A stretch of DNA of 64,000 nucleotides, from NCBI RefSeq assembly GCF_001194135.2, contig NC_068982.1:39662078-39726077 (forward strand), in the 5' to 3' direction. Positions 12,964-26,002 of the stretch are shown piece by piece. Each line of letters starts with the position of its first letter. The first letter of the stretch is position 1. Both the position numbers and the translations under genes were made by a program. Under the pieces are notes generated by a model that was not told the DNA's origin, ran no database searches, and saw only the letters and a list, made by a program, of their open reading frames with translations. This stretch comes from Octopus bimaculoides. Its lineage: Eukaryota.

Positions 12964-13262
12964 GAAGATGCATGGCTTGGTGGTTGGTAGTTCCGGTTCA
13001 CGATTGACAGTTCGATTCCCGGAGACGCAGTGTATCCTTGCGCAAGGCACTTTATTTCACGTTGCTCAAGTCCACTCAGCTGGCAAAAATAAGCAGGCTT
13101 GGTAATCCAAAAATCCAGTTTTATTACACTTTGTGTCACGCTGAATCTCTCCGACGGTACGCGAGTCAGTGGAGTACTCATCCTCTTGCTCGTGAATTTC
13201 ATGAGCAGGCTGTTTCGTTGATCGGACCAACTGGAACAATCGTCGTAGTATCAGACGGGGTA
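12964..13262 (+). mobile_element. SINE family C (tRNA-like head; CCTTGAGCAAGACACTTTATTTCACG core)
   Basis: A-box-like TGGCTTGGTGG and B-box-like GTTCGATTCC. Aligns over its full length with 32003-32317. Confidence 0.85.
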
Positions 13263-13377
13263 CAAGACTTTTTATAAACGTACATGTTTGTATTTGTGTC
13301 TGTAGTGTCTGTAGTGGCTCTCTAGGGTTATCCAAAATAAATGAGTATACAGGGCCAACTGAGTTGAAGCCCTCACC

Positions 13378-13830
13378 CATTGGAACTTATGCCAGCATTA
13401 TGAAATTAGCACAGAAAATAGATGGTATAAAGATATAATTCTCAGGGGAAGGTAATGGGTTCATACTTTGGCACATGTCAATTTAAACAAATCTGATATT
13501 AAGGCAGATCGTCCACATATGTTGTCAAGATCTTCCAGGAAACGAAGTGCTTATTAATCGGTGAATCATTTCCAGCTTAGGAAAATATGTCTCAAAGCAG
13601 AACATATTATGTACAGATAGAAATCTGAAAATAGAGATAACCAAAGCGTGGAGACTGAAAGCAGAAACAATATTCATAACAATCGATGCATTGGAAACGA
13701 TTAAAAAAGAAGTAGATAAATATATTGCCGATGTCTAAGAATTACAACGTAGAGAGAATAACATTACCAGGCTTTACATGCAATTTTTACGTGCTACATT
13801 GAATATAATAGAAAAATACACTGCACGCAT
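13378..13830 (+). mobile_element. Degenerate R4/Dong-like LINE RLE domain
   Basis: HWNLCQHYEISTENRWYK...ILWHMSI...KADRP..VVK...TKCLLI...RNLKIEITKAWRLKAETIFITIDALETIKKEVDKYI, with frameshifts. Confidence 0.8.
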
Positions 13831-15833
13831 CCAAAACGCACAGAGCTACGTTCGGTTGTGTAGTGAAATCACGATAGGAATATACGACTATTATAAGAAT
13901 ATTATCAATTCTAATTTTGCTACTGCTGCTGTAGATGCTGTCGATGATAGCGATGACAATGATTCGCGATTTCCAACTGTGTTGCTCAACATGCTAGAAA
14001 TAGCAGTTAAATCTCACCTTTTACTTTCTAAAGATGTAGCTCACGCTGGACATTGTAATCTTATATATGTTATTTATATCTGCTAGACTGGAGTTGAGTA
14101 TAGGAATATTCGTCCGTTGTTGACCCTAAATAACTTAGCATAGAATAAATATGCACAATAATACGAAGAAATGTGCATGTAAGTTAAAAAGCGAGAGAGA
14201 AAAAGATAGAGAGAGTGCGTGAGAGTGCGTGAGAGTGCGTGAGAGTGAGAGAGAGACAGAGAGAGGGGGGCAGACAGAGACAGAATTTACGTATGATGGA
14301 GGAAGGAGAGCTGTTATGATTTTTTTAGGAATATCAATTTTAAGAAATGCTTTGAAGCAAGTATACTTTATACAAGGGAAAATATATGTTAATAATATTG
14401 ATAAAACTTAGGAAACGGTCACATCGTTAATGTTATGACTATTGTTTAGGGGAGTGTTATGCTTTTTGTTTATCAAGAAAAGATATATTTTGCTCGAAAA
14501 GAGCGGGCTTCCTGTTTTGTGCTATTACTGAAATGCATACTTTATGGTAGTATTGGTAGAATTACAAAGTCAATAAAAAAATGTCAATATAGTTACAATA
14601 ACTATATAGAAAATGTAGGTCACTATAAAAGTCAATATAAAAATTGAATGTCTAGGCTTTGGGGGAATCTCAAGTGAGCGAAAGAAAATTGTATTTCAAT
14701 CATACTTGTCATAAATATGTTTTAACTATTGTTTATCTGTGCCGTACAAAAGTAATTTCTTCGAATAATTATGTTATATGAGATTTGAAAGGTAGTTAGG
14801 GAGAATATAATAAGAAAATATTGTCTAAAACATCTAATTTGGTAATCTGAGCGAGAGAATATAAGAAAAATCTATATCTAATTGACAACTTGAGCGGCTA
14901 TCTATAAGAAAGAAAAATAAAGAAGCAGTAAGAGCAAATATCGAAGAAAAAATACGATGAGTGTAGGAGTTGCAAGTCTAATATCAAACAAACTAAGTTA
15001 AAATATAAATTAAATTAGAATTATTAAAGCAGAGAATTGATTGAAAAAACAGTGCGATATATAACCCTCTTAGAAATATCTGCACGAGAGCTATAAAATA
15101 TATCAGCATTAATAAGCAATGCTGTATGCAGCTGTTAGTAAAAATATTATATGAAGAAAAATCATGCTATACTTAAAAATATGTGAAAGTGCCTGGCAAA
15201 TTACTCTACTAATATGAGTGCTTTTTTAACATTACTAAATTATAATCTGATGATGTGTATTCGGAAAGCTAGCAGTATATTGCTAGAATTTAGGAAAAAA
15301 AAATATATTTCGACTTCTAATAGCAAAATATTTTTGAAATTATAAATTGTAATAACACGGTGTGATGGCGGTGATTTTATAATATTAGTAGCATATATTT
15401 TACTACAGTATAAATTGCTTCTTTTTTTTTCTTTTTATAATAACGGAGTGATACTTATGGATATTTGCTTATGAGAGAAAAATACAAGTTTGTACTATAA
15501 TTTTTATAATGTAGCATAATTATAGATATGTGCTCTTAAGAAGAAAATAAAATTAGTGTAAATTATTAAATAAGTGTATATCATAGCTGGAGTTTCAAGA
15601 GAAGGATGCAAATGATTACGGCTTTAATCTCGTTGGCCGCATGTACACTTTGAGCAACCAGGAATCTGTTGGGATATTTAAATGACTGTCAACCTTAGAA
15701 AATGAAGAGAAATAAGTGTAAATTTAGTGAAGTTAAAAGGATTCATGAAAGTAGACATGCATACAATCATACATACATAGTGCATACATACATATATACA
15801 CACATATTACATGCATACATACGCGTGTATGTA

Positions 15834-15864
<31 letters not shown>

Positions 15865-15964
15865 GTGTGGGTGCGTGTGCGCGCATGCGTGGGCATGATA
15901 AAAAAGACGTTATTGAGGATGGAGTTGTTTTGCATTGACAAGACTGAACTTGCTATAAAGAGTG

Positions 15965-17700
15965 AAAAATCGAACGTTTTGGAACAACTCTTCTTCGGGG
16001 ACAGCACGTAAGCGTAGAAAAATGAGTGAGAGATATCAGAGTGTTACATCCACTAAGTGAAAAACATTAAGAAAAAAAACTGGCTACAACTGATAAGGAA
16101 AGCAGAACCACGGTGCTTCATACATGAACAAGAAGTAGTAGAAAAAACGGTATAAAAAGAGAGAAGGAGTAATGGAATGGAATCAGTCAAAGTCGATAGG
16201 GAAATGAGTGAGAAGAGGTGAGGATATGGAAGAGTTGATGGATAAGAAAGGTCTTAAGGAATTAAAAGAATATGTAGGAGTAGAGGGGACAAAACGTTCA
16301 TTTAAACATGTTGGTGATATTGGTGCCAATTTCGAATATGTAGCCAGTTATTAAGAATGTGGATCCATGTAAGGCGGTGAGCTGGCAAAAACGTTAGCGC
16401 CCCGGGCGAAATGCTTAGCGGTATTTCGTCTGCCGTTACGCTCTGAGTTCAAATTCCGCCGAGGTCGACTTTGCCTTTCCTCCTTTCGGGGTCGATTAAA
16501 TAAGTACCAGTTACGCACTGGGGTCGATATAATCGACTTAATCCGTTTGTCTGTCCTTGTTTGNNNNNNNNNNCCGTTACGCTCTGAGTTCAAATTCCGC
16601 CGAGGTCGACTTTGCCTTTCCTCCTTTCGGGGTCGATTAAATAAGTACCAGTTACGCACTGGGGTCGATATAATCGACTTAATCCGTTTGTCTGTCCTTG
16701 TTTGTTCCCTCTGTGTGTAGCCCCTTGTGAGCAGTAAAGAAATAAGAATGTGGATCCATGGTGTGAGGCGATGCTACACACTGATAAGTGAGTTATGGAA
16801 TGGTCTTTGGTGTTGAAGTTTGTGTGCTTCGAACTTTTTCTCGAAAGAGATCAGTAATGCGTCGGCCTTTTCCCTAAAGTCAAGGGCAACGCAAACTTTG
16901 CATTTGATGTGATACAAGGTTAGACAATGTGCAAACGAAAGTTTGAGTAATATCGTGTCTTTCGCTCAGTGAAGGTTATAATATTGCTAATGTTGTTAAT
17001 GTAGGGGTAAGTGTTGCATCGCCGGTTAGCACATTTAAAAATGCATGGTTGTGTGGAGTTGGGTGCTATAGAGTGTTTTGCTAGGAGGTTTCCAAATTTC
17101 TCATCTTTGCAAAAGGCGAATCGAGAGGTGCAGGAATGATACGAGCGGTTCTGTGCTCGGAAATTAGAATACAAAACTTTCTTTTTCAATGGGAGATCGG
17201 GCGAGCGGAAGGCGAGAAATAGTAGGATATGGTATGTAGACGCGCGTAAACACGGTGGAGGGGTGGTGAAGGTGTTGATTTCCTGGGTTGGGCAGATGGC
17301 AAGGTCCACAACTGATCGAGGTTACCCACGATTCAGAAAGAATTGTATTGTTTGGTATTAGGATTCTATATTCAAATTAATGCGTCAGAGTCTGCGAAGG
17401 CGAAGGAAGTGAGAGAAATTTATAGTAGATTTAGTGTATTTTGAGAAAAAATTGTAGAGAAAGGAGCTGCAGTCAGTACGTTTGTAACGGACAACAATAG
17501 AGAGATGAATATTGTTTACAGTTATAGAAGTATCTAAGAAAACTAACAGAAATATCCGACACGGTAGATAATTCTAAGGAAGGGCGAAAGACGTTAAAGA
17601 AAAGTGATAATATTGTCTGGCAAGAAGCTGCTTACTTGCGCCGAAACCGTCGTCACTACAACGACCATGAGATTCTGGGATCGGTCTGGTTAACTGAGAA
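15965..17700 (-). mobile_element. 5'-truncated, degenerate Penelope-like retroelement (RT C-terminal half + GIY-YIG endonuclease + 3' region), interrupted by a SINE
   Basis: Minus strand, across frameshifts: RCSDDGFGA (RYIDD-like motif, 17649-17663), F.VFRPSL..., FLDTSITV...YKRTD..., SHFLRLRRL, FFLNRG*P, CANRRCNT.PYI, LYHIKCKVC, GKGRRITDLFREK (GETGR.L..RF.EH) and IFEIGT..SPTCLNERF near 16290-16340. Confidence 0.85.
16371..16742 (+). mobile_element. Young SINE family B copy with 18-bp TSD and Tx1-like tail
   Basis: TAAGAATGTGGATCCATG at 16352-16369 and 16743-16760. B-box-like GAGTTCAAATTC. The internal ~130-bp duplication around the 10-N gap is probably an assembly artefact. Confidence 0.9.
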
Positions 17701-17707
17701 GGGATTT

Positions 17708-17767
17708 GTCTGGGAATTGAAACCACGATCTCTTGATCTTGAGTACAGCGCTCTAACAACTATGCCA
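17708..17767 (-). mobile_element. tRNA-like SINE head without its own body
   Basis: Reverse complement TGGCATAGTTGTTAGAGCGCTGTACTCAAGATCAAGAGATCGTGGTTTCAATTCCCAGAC contains A-box and B-box-like motifs. Confidence 0.7.
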
Positions 17768-18853
17768 GTTTTCTCTTGATATACACGTGTGTGTGCGTGT
17801 GTGTTTGTGTGTGCGTGCACGCGCGCGCGCACGTGTGTAAGTGCGTGTGTCTGTGTGAGTGTAGAATGTTCTGTATGGGGAGGATTGAACGTGTACGAAT
17901 TGTTTATTGAAGAGTAATATTTCTGTAAATAATATTTAACAACTCAATTCTGCATTATAGCATGGTTTTTCTTTATAGTATAGGACTTAACTAATGATAG
18001 TATTTTTCCTTTCAAATTATCGTTCATGTTATTTACTTACATATTCCATTTGTGTTTTAATAGCGCATTATTAGTGCTTCAAGTGTGGTTGCAGGAAGAT
18101 TGAATACCGTGATATCTAAATTCGAAACGATTATCAATGAAACATAAATATGTTTTAGTACCTATTGCTGCTGTGTATACAATGTCTTGAAGTAGACATT
18201 TAAAGTTTTAAAGACAGTTAATGGGGATAATACAATTTAAAAATGATATAATAAGGTTGTGGATAGATTGGTAATATTTATATTTATTGAGGCAGGCAAT
18301 ATTTTGTACGAGACTAGGGACGGTAAATCAAGAAATTTAGCTGAATATTTTGTTTACACTTACATTGTGCGGAGAATGCTATATAAAAGAAGAATGTTTC
18401 GCAAGCGGTGCAACTACAGTTAGGATAAACTGCAGATTATATCAGATATGTGTCGCTTTGTAAAAGTTATAGTTAAATGTGCATAGGAAGTTTTGTTTGC
18501 TGTCAAGTGGTTTCCTACCGCAAGCCTTGCTCATAAACCCTAATATAACCCTGGACCCACTAATGTCTTTAGGTAAATTCTGTTAACAGAAACTGTGTGG
18601 AATCCCATCCAATATGTATGTGAGTGTGTATCCGACGACGGCATAGCTGGAAGAAATTTCGAGTTCATAGTCAATAATATCAAAATTCACAGACATATAT
18701 ACACACATACACAATGCACACGGGCACGATCTCAAACAAGTACATGCATATACACATGAAAATCTACATATGTATCTATTTCTATATTCGTCTTTCTATC
18801 TATCTGTCTGTCTGTCTGTTTGTCTGTTTATATATCTCTTTACTCTTTAACTA

Positions 18854-19272
18854 TTTTACTTGTTTCAGTCATTTGACTGCGGCCATGCTGGGGCACCGCC
18901 TATAGTCGAGCAAATCGACCCCAGGACTTATTCTTTGTAAGCCTAGAACTTATTCTATTGGTCTCTTCTTTGCCGAACCGCTAAGTTACGGGGACGTAAA
19001 CACACCAGCATCGGTTGTCAAGCGAAGTTGGGGGGAGGGACAAACACAGACGCACAAGCATATACACACACATACATATATATATATACATATATATACA
19101 TATATATACGATAGGCTTCGTTCAGTTTCCGTCTACCAAATCCACTCACAAGTCTTTGGTCGGCTCGAGGCTATAGTAGAAGACACTTGCCCAAGGTGCC
19201 ACGCAGTGGGACTGAACCCAGAACCATGTGGTTGGTAAGCAAGCTACTTACCACACAGCCACTCCTGCGCCT
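18854..19272 (-). mobile_element. SINE family A (AGGCGCAGGAGTGGCTGTGTGGTAAG head, internal microsatellite), full length
   Basis: tRNA-like head with GGTTCAGTCCC B-box. Near-identical to 53353-53742. Confidence 0.9.
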
Positions 19273-19284
19273 ATCTATCTATCT

Positions 19285-19650
19285 AGAGAGGGTAAAATTT
19301 CTGGGATCTATAGATGAGTTCTCTCCAGCGGTCTTTGTCTCTCATCATCACTGCCATGTTCTGTGTCTCCCAGAAACCAGTGCCTGTCCTTAGGGCATCA
19401 GTATGTCATCCTCGGTCTCTCTCTTCTAGTGTGTCCCTGCAGGGGCTCCCACGGGAGCACTGAATGTAATATAAACTATGAATGACGCTGAGTATGTTCA
19501 GTCAACCTCAAGCCTCTCTGCGTTATTTTTGAGCTAACTATTGGGAGGCTTTCGTACAGTTTGTCATCCTTAGAGCATACTAATTAATGTTCAGAGTTAT
19601 CCTCAGAATTCTCGTAGAGCACCATTCCACCATCTGAATTAGTTTCTCGA
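19285..19650 (-). mobile_element. RTE-clade LINE 3' fragment
   Basis: KLYESLPIVSSKITQRGLRLTEHTQRH...VLPWEPLQGHTRRERPRMTY...MRDKDRWRE matches the RTE C-terminal pattern LYG.LP..S.KI..RRLRLAGH..RH...WEP..G...RGRP..TY...DRD.WR. Confidence 0.75.
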
Positions 19651-20090
19651 TCAGTGTCCAATAATGTCAATATGTGTGAGTGGATATTTGTGTATACACG
19701 TGTGCATGCACGCGCGCGTGTGTGCGTGTGTGTGCTTGTGTGTGTATGTGTGTGTGCATAAAGAAGTCATAGAAAATGCCATAATGAACGTTCTTCATAA
19801 AATAGACGATATAATTCTTCATAGGTCTCGGCTGAAATTTGTTTACGATATAATACACTTAAAAGGTTCCGGGAAATTGTATATATTTAAAATGATACAC
19901 AATTGATCACAGGGACATATAGAGCATACGACTGAAAGAAAATAACATCAATATATTCTCGAGAAATGTCTGAGTATGCTTTCTAGTATACAAACGAAAG
20001 TAAGTTAGCTATTCAGTGTAACGTAAAATAGTTAAATGTCAACTTTACCGAACCATACTTTGATACAGATTCTTGAAAACACACACGCAA

Positions 20091-20165
<75 letters not shown>

Positions 20166-20359
20166 AATATATATAAAGAGAGGGGTATATGTATGTGTTC
20201 ACTTACACACACACATACTGTGTGTACATACATATAAACATATATATACAGATATATATACACGCACACATATGTGCGCGCGTGCGTGTGTCTTTCTAAA
20301 TTCGCTTATACAAAGCAGAAGCCCTCATCGGAAAGTACTTATTCATAACACAATTATTC

Positions 20360-21235
20360 TATTGAGTCAAAAGTTTTGTAATATTTTGGTATCTTTTTTG
20401 TTTTATTCATCAAATTACACCAAAAGCAACCTGGCATTCAAGGTGGAGGATATTGCGTTGCACCGTCTGAAGCCACCTTCCTAAGAGTTGTTAGATTTCA
20501 TGCAGAAACTAGTTCTTGTCCTCCGAAGCAAAGAACTCCTTCGCTAAAGCTTCAACCTCGTCTTAGTTAAGGAAGTGCCACGAGCATAGGAAGTGATCTA
20601 TGAATCAGAGCAAGTAATAATCCGCGGGAGCTAGTTATGGATATACAAATTGGGTGTGGTTTCAGTCTGACTCCCTCAAGTTCCGGGAGTTTATTCCCTG
20701 TCGTTAGATCTTGTGTTGTCTTGCTACAAAAGAGTTCACTTTCTGTTTACCGATGCCATGTATTTTTGCCGCACAATGGCATATACATCCGATGCCAAGT
20801 CTACCTGATACTCTCCTAGAGACTACTCACCGGTTTTGCTTCTATGACTTGGAGCGCAGACTTGTAATCTACGGTTTCAGGTTCACCTAGCCTTACCTGA
20901 TCGATCGAACACGAATGAAATTTCTTGAATTTTCTATCTACTCTACTGCGATCAACTGCGACTTCATCTTTCGCACAACAAATGTGTTTGGCTGTTTCCA
21001 CATTCTCATGGTCGATTTTGAACTTGCAAAACCTAAGTTCCCGAATTAGACTATGTTGCACGTTCATTTGAGAGGCTTTTGAATCACGTACGGAGTGGAG
21101 TAATACACAACGTTTCAACGCACCAATGACCACGACACTACAAACCTCAGCTTGAGCTGCTTCAGTTATGTTATTTAAACGCCGCAAACTAGCAAGTATG
21201 AACCTATTTCAAACTTTTTGACTCACCTCACTATG
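20360..21235 (-). mobile_element. Internally deleted mariner with both putative TIRs
   Basis: HTH N-terminus (LIRELRFCKFKIDH...AKHICCAKDEVAVDRSRVDRKFKKF...GEPETVD..ALQVIEAKP) joined near 20790 to the C-terminus (APADYYLL..DHFL...F.N.DEVEALAKEFFASEDKN). GAGTCAAAA(A)GTTT(T)G(T/A)AATA is inverted at ~20364 and ~21205-21224. Confidence 0.75.
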
Positions 21236-24200
21236 TAAAAATGTATACAATTAAATCCATTTTAATTCAAGTGAAGTATATCGTGCATGAATGTTTGTAG
21301 TCGAATGTTGACGTCATAGACTGCTAATTATCGTTTGACTGAATTATGCATCGTATCACTTTATTCATCTTGTCATGTAAATTTTTTAAGCAGCACTCGT
21401 AATTGCGTCTACAAATAACAGCCTATATAAATCATCTTCTTCTATAGACGAGGATTTCTACAAAGAAAAGATGTATTTGTGATTATTTCCTACATAAACA
21501 TTAACAATTGAAGAAGATAGGTATATATCTATATATATATATATAAAGAAAGGAGGCAATCAGGGTTTCGGATAATTCTTTATTAGCGCTTTCGTTAGTT
21601 CAATCGAACTCTTCAAGATGAAAAGTTCGATTCAACGATTGAACAAAGGAAAGCACCAATAAAGAATTATCCAAAATTCTGAGTGTCTTCTTAATATACA
21701 ATATCTGTACACCACTTGAAACTATATACATACATACATACATACATACGTACATACACCCACCCACACATATATCCACATACATTTTAGATACTTATAT
21801 GTGATTATATGTATATGTACACACACACACACACACACACACATACACACACACTATTATATTATCAGTCATTGATTGTAAAAATGTCATTCTCCTTGCC
21901 TGAACATACAATATTAACAGCCCAAAATACAACTGCCATTGATACTCTATATAGGGTTGGTAAATGATAATTATCTAAACAGATCAGTTATCTATGTAGT
22001 CATTATTACATCTAACATTAATGAAAGTGGAATAGGTTATTTGGTATGAGAGTAAAACAATGTAAAATGAGATATACCAAGTACTAATACACATTTAGAA
22101 CATCATTACAAAGGCTAGAGCTGTAGTTAGAAACACATATGTCTTTTTGAACAATAACAGTCTAACTCAATGTGTCAATTCGCACCTTTTTGCCAGAAGT
22201 AAATTCTTCTGAATTTTTAATGCTACTTGAAATCTTAATTTTTTTAAACCAATAAGAAATTACTGTACACAAAACAAACATGAAAATATAACCGTGATTG
22301 TTTTCTTTTCGGTAACAATTTCTTTCAAGGATAGAAAGATGGGTTTGGGAGCTTGTAGTTGATTATATCAACCACAGCACTTGAGTGGTACACGTTTTGT
22401 ATCGCCTCCAGAATGACAAAGGTCAAAGTTGGACCTTGTTTTCTCCCATTTTTATAGCAAAATAGAGAGTAATTTAGTGATAGTGATTTTGATATGCGCA
22501 CGTTTAGTGTATAAAGCTAGTTAAAGAAAATATTGTAAAACAATGTTTGTACATTGTGATTGTTCGACATTGTAGCAGAATATTTGATTATATTTTTGGT
22601 TACCGTTCTTGTGGTGAGGATTAAAAGTTATGTTCAATGTTGGAGTCAGTAGAAAATATTCTTCGTTTAATCCCTAGTATTATCTAACTGTCAACTGGAT
22701 ACTGCATTACTTAGCCATAATTACCAAGATAGTTGATGATACAGGCATCCGACTGATATTTGGTATAAATCAACTTTCGAGTTACTATAAAAACTAATAT
22801 TCTGTCATAGCTATAGAAATAAAATTACACAATAAATAACAAATGAATGTTGAGAAAAATCTTGCAAGATTCCTCAGATCCATCATGAAAATTGAATTTC
22901 GTCCAACTACTTTGCTTGCGGCCTAAATCACACGAACAAAAAAGCGATGATAGCAATATGACTATTGTTTTGTTTTCTTTCTTTCTTCCGGGTTTTCTCG
23001 AAAAGCCACTGACATAAAATATTCTACGCTCTACTTATCAAAGAGGCTTCACAACTTTCTCAGTATATAAATATATCATCACGTTCTCTAACAAATATCG
23101 ACATCTGCAAAATGATATTTTGCAAACACTCCTTTGTCTATCATTTTATCATGACAACAACAAGTCTTCATTGCTATTTATCGAAAATCGTTGAAGATGT
23201 GACAGAAAATATTTTGATTGAAATTAATTATTTATTTATTAATTTGTGTGTTTGCAAATATTGTTTTATTTAGCTTCTAAAGTACCATTCGTGCTAGAGT
23301 ACTCATTATTTTGGTTAATGAAGTCCTAAATGATTTTCTTTCACATGTTCCTCCTACAGGTGGCGGTGATCATAAATCTTTTAGCCAAAATCTGATGATC
23401 CAGGATATTTCGTATGAAAAACATAGTTGTTTTCGCCGCCTTTTGCCCGTTTATTTATATTTTGTTCTACTAATTTCCAATTTTTTCACACGTGTCGTTG
23501 TGGGACAGTGTATAATTAACCCTTAAGTTGGATATTGGTTCAAGTGGCATAAGACCATGTCCTCACCCTATTGGGCCTATATGACATAAATCCTCAGAGT
23601 CCCGCACATCTTAGCTACGTGATTACATCTGGAACTTGATTAAAAAATATGGTTCCTTGACAGGTTTCACCACCATGGATCTGGAGGGACCTCTAAATAC
23701 TTTAAATTTGGAACTGGAGCAAATTATAATGACTCATAATAATTTCAACAGCCTACGTTCCAATTTCTTCTATAGAAAAATAGAATAGAAATTAGAACAG
23801 AAGCTATTGAGAATATAACCATTTCATATGAACGTTCAATGAATGTAAGATTTTCTTCGTAATCCAATCCATCTGTTGTACGAGATATTATGAAATAATT
23901 GCATTCTTTCTGTCGAACAAGAATGGATATTCAGAGGCTATTACTGCTGTAAATATCCGAAACGAGATATGATATTACTACTGAAGACTCTTTTGTTAGA
24001 ATCATCCATTGAAGTTGTCAATTTCTCCTTTTTAACTTAGGAAGAAATTATTCTATATCTTTCTATACTTTACATTCAAAGCATCACCTAATCTCTTTCT
24101 TTGGTTTTTCTGCAAGCATCATCTCTTAAAGTTTGTTACACACTTCTATACTTTTCCAAGTATTTATCTTTCCTAACTTCCAAAACCTATATTTTCTCAT

Positions 24201-24546
24201 CTCTAATCGTCTCTTGCAAATCATTAGTTGAAACTGTTACCGAAATTATTATTGCACAACATAAAGTTGATTCATATGACGATCATAACCTAATAATTCT
24301 CAAATGATAATCGGTACTGAGAATATATCACATCGTCGTAGTATCACCGTAAAAGACATATTGAGCCCTTTACTACTACATTACAACCCCAGAATATGTA
24401 ATTAACTCATAAAGTTGATTCATATGACGATCTATAATTAACTCATATTTCAGTTCGTAGATAAGAAACCCAGGCCACTAACATTCGTGACATTCGCTAA
24501 ACTTATAATAATAATGATAATAATAATAATGATAATAATAATAATG

Positions 24547-24607
<61 letters not shown>

Positions 24608-24939
24608 CCAAAATGGACACTCTCGTCGAAGTGTTCAATTTTGGCCAAACGACCTGCACAAATGATTTGCTTATAGTGATCTAATCTAGGTGCTGTACAT
24701 TAGCTCATCCCCTTCATCGAGTCGACATTGTCTGGAAGGTGCGTGGTGTACCACGCGTCAGATATCGAAGTGATCGTAGAGCAACATGAGATGAGGTGTT
24801 TTGCTCAAATTTACGCTACGAAACCTTTATCATGGGTTAAGCCCGCGTGTTAAAGTGTGGCTATAAAAGGAATCCAGGTGAGATGATATGGGGAAAATGA
24901 TGCTTCGTCTTGAAAGGTAAAATATACATACATATATAT

Positions 24940-24978
<39 letters not shown>

Positions 24979-25955
24979 NNNNNNNNNNNNNNNNNNNNNN
25001 NNNNNNNNNNNNNNNNNNNNNNNNNNNNNNNNNNNNNNNNNNNNNNNNNNNNNNNNNNNNNNNNNNNNNNNNNNNNNNNNNNNNNNNNNNNNNNNNNNNN
25101 NNNNNNNNNNNNNNNNNNNNNNNNNNNNNNNNNNNNNNNNNNNNNNNNNNNNNNNNNNNNNNNNNNNNNNNNNNNNNNNNNNNNNNNNNNNNNNNNNNNN
25201 NNNNNNNNNNNNNNNNNNNNNNNNNNNNNNNNNNNNNNNNNNNNNNNNNNNNNNNNNNNNNNNNNNNNNNNNNNNNNNNNNNNNNNNNNNNNNNNNNNNN
25301 NNNNNNNNNNNNNNNNNNNNNNNNNNNNNNNNNNNNNNNNNNNNNNNNNNNNNNNNNNNNNNNNNNNNNNNNNNNNNNNNNNNNNNNNNNNNNNNNNNNN
25401 NNNNNNNNNNNNNNNNNNNNNNNNNNNNNNNNNNNNNNNNNNNNNNNNNNNNNNNNNNNNNNNNNNNNNNNNNNNNNNNNNNNNNNNNNNNNNNNNNNNN
25501 NNNNNNNNNNNNNNNNNNNNNNNNNNNNNNNNNNNNNNNNNNNNNNNNNNNNNNNNNNNNNNNNNNNNNNNNNNNNNNNNNNNNNNNNNNNNNNNNNNNN
25601 NNNNNNNNNNNNNNNNNNNNNNNNNNNNNNNNNNNNNNNNNNNNNNNNNNNNNNNNNNNNNNNNNNNNNNNNNNNNNNNNNNNNNNNNNNNNNNNNNNNN
25701 NNNNNNNNNNNNNNNNNNNNNNNNNNNNNNNNNNNNNNNNNNNNNNNNNNNNNNNNNNNNNNNNNNNNNNNNNNNNNNNNNNNNNNNNNNNNNNNNNNNN
25801 NNNNNNNNNNNNNNNNNNNNNNNNNNNNNNNNNNNNNNNNNNNNNNNNNNNNNNNNNNNNNNNNNNNNNNNNNNNNNNNNNNNNNNNNNNNNNNNNNNNN
25901 NNNNNNNNNNNNNNNNNNNNNNNNNNNNNNNNNNNNNNNNNNNNNGTATGTATTA

Positions 25956-26002
<47 letters not shown>

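Noticed and set aside
14400-15400. Possible second, very old Penelope relic on the minus strand
   Set aside because: Only faint motif echoes (IFL.RG); not supportable without an alignment.
16435-16703. Internal tandem duplication in the SINE
   Set aside because: An exact copy on both sides of a 10-N gap is typical of an overlapping-contig artefact; the same pattern occurs at ~9840-9890 and ~40913-41052.
23361-23526. Acceptor-preceded short ORF (and similar ones at ~27520-27630)
   Set aside because: No donor, homology or exon chain; chance splice sites are common in this DNA.
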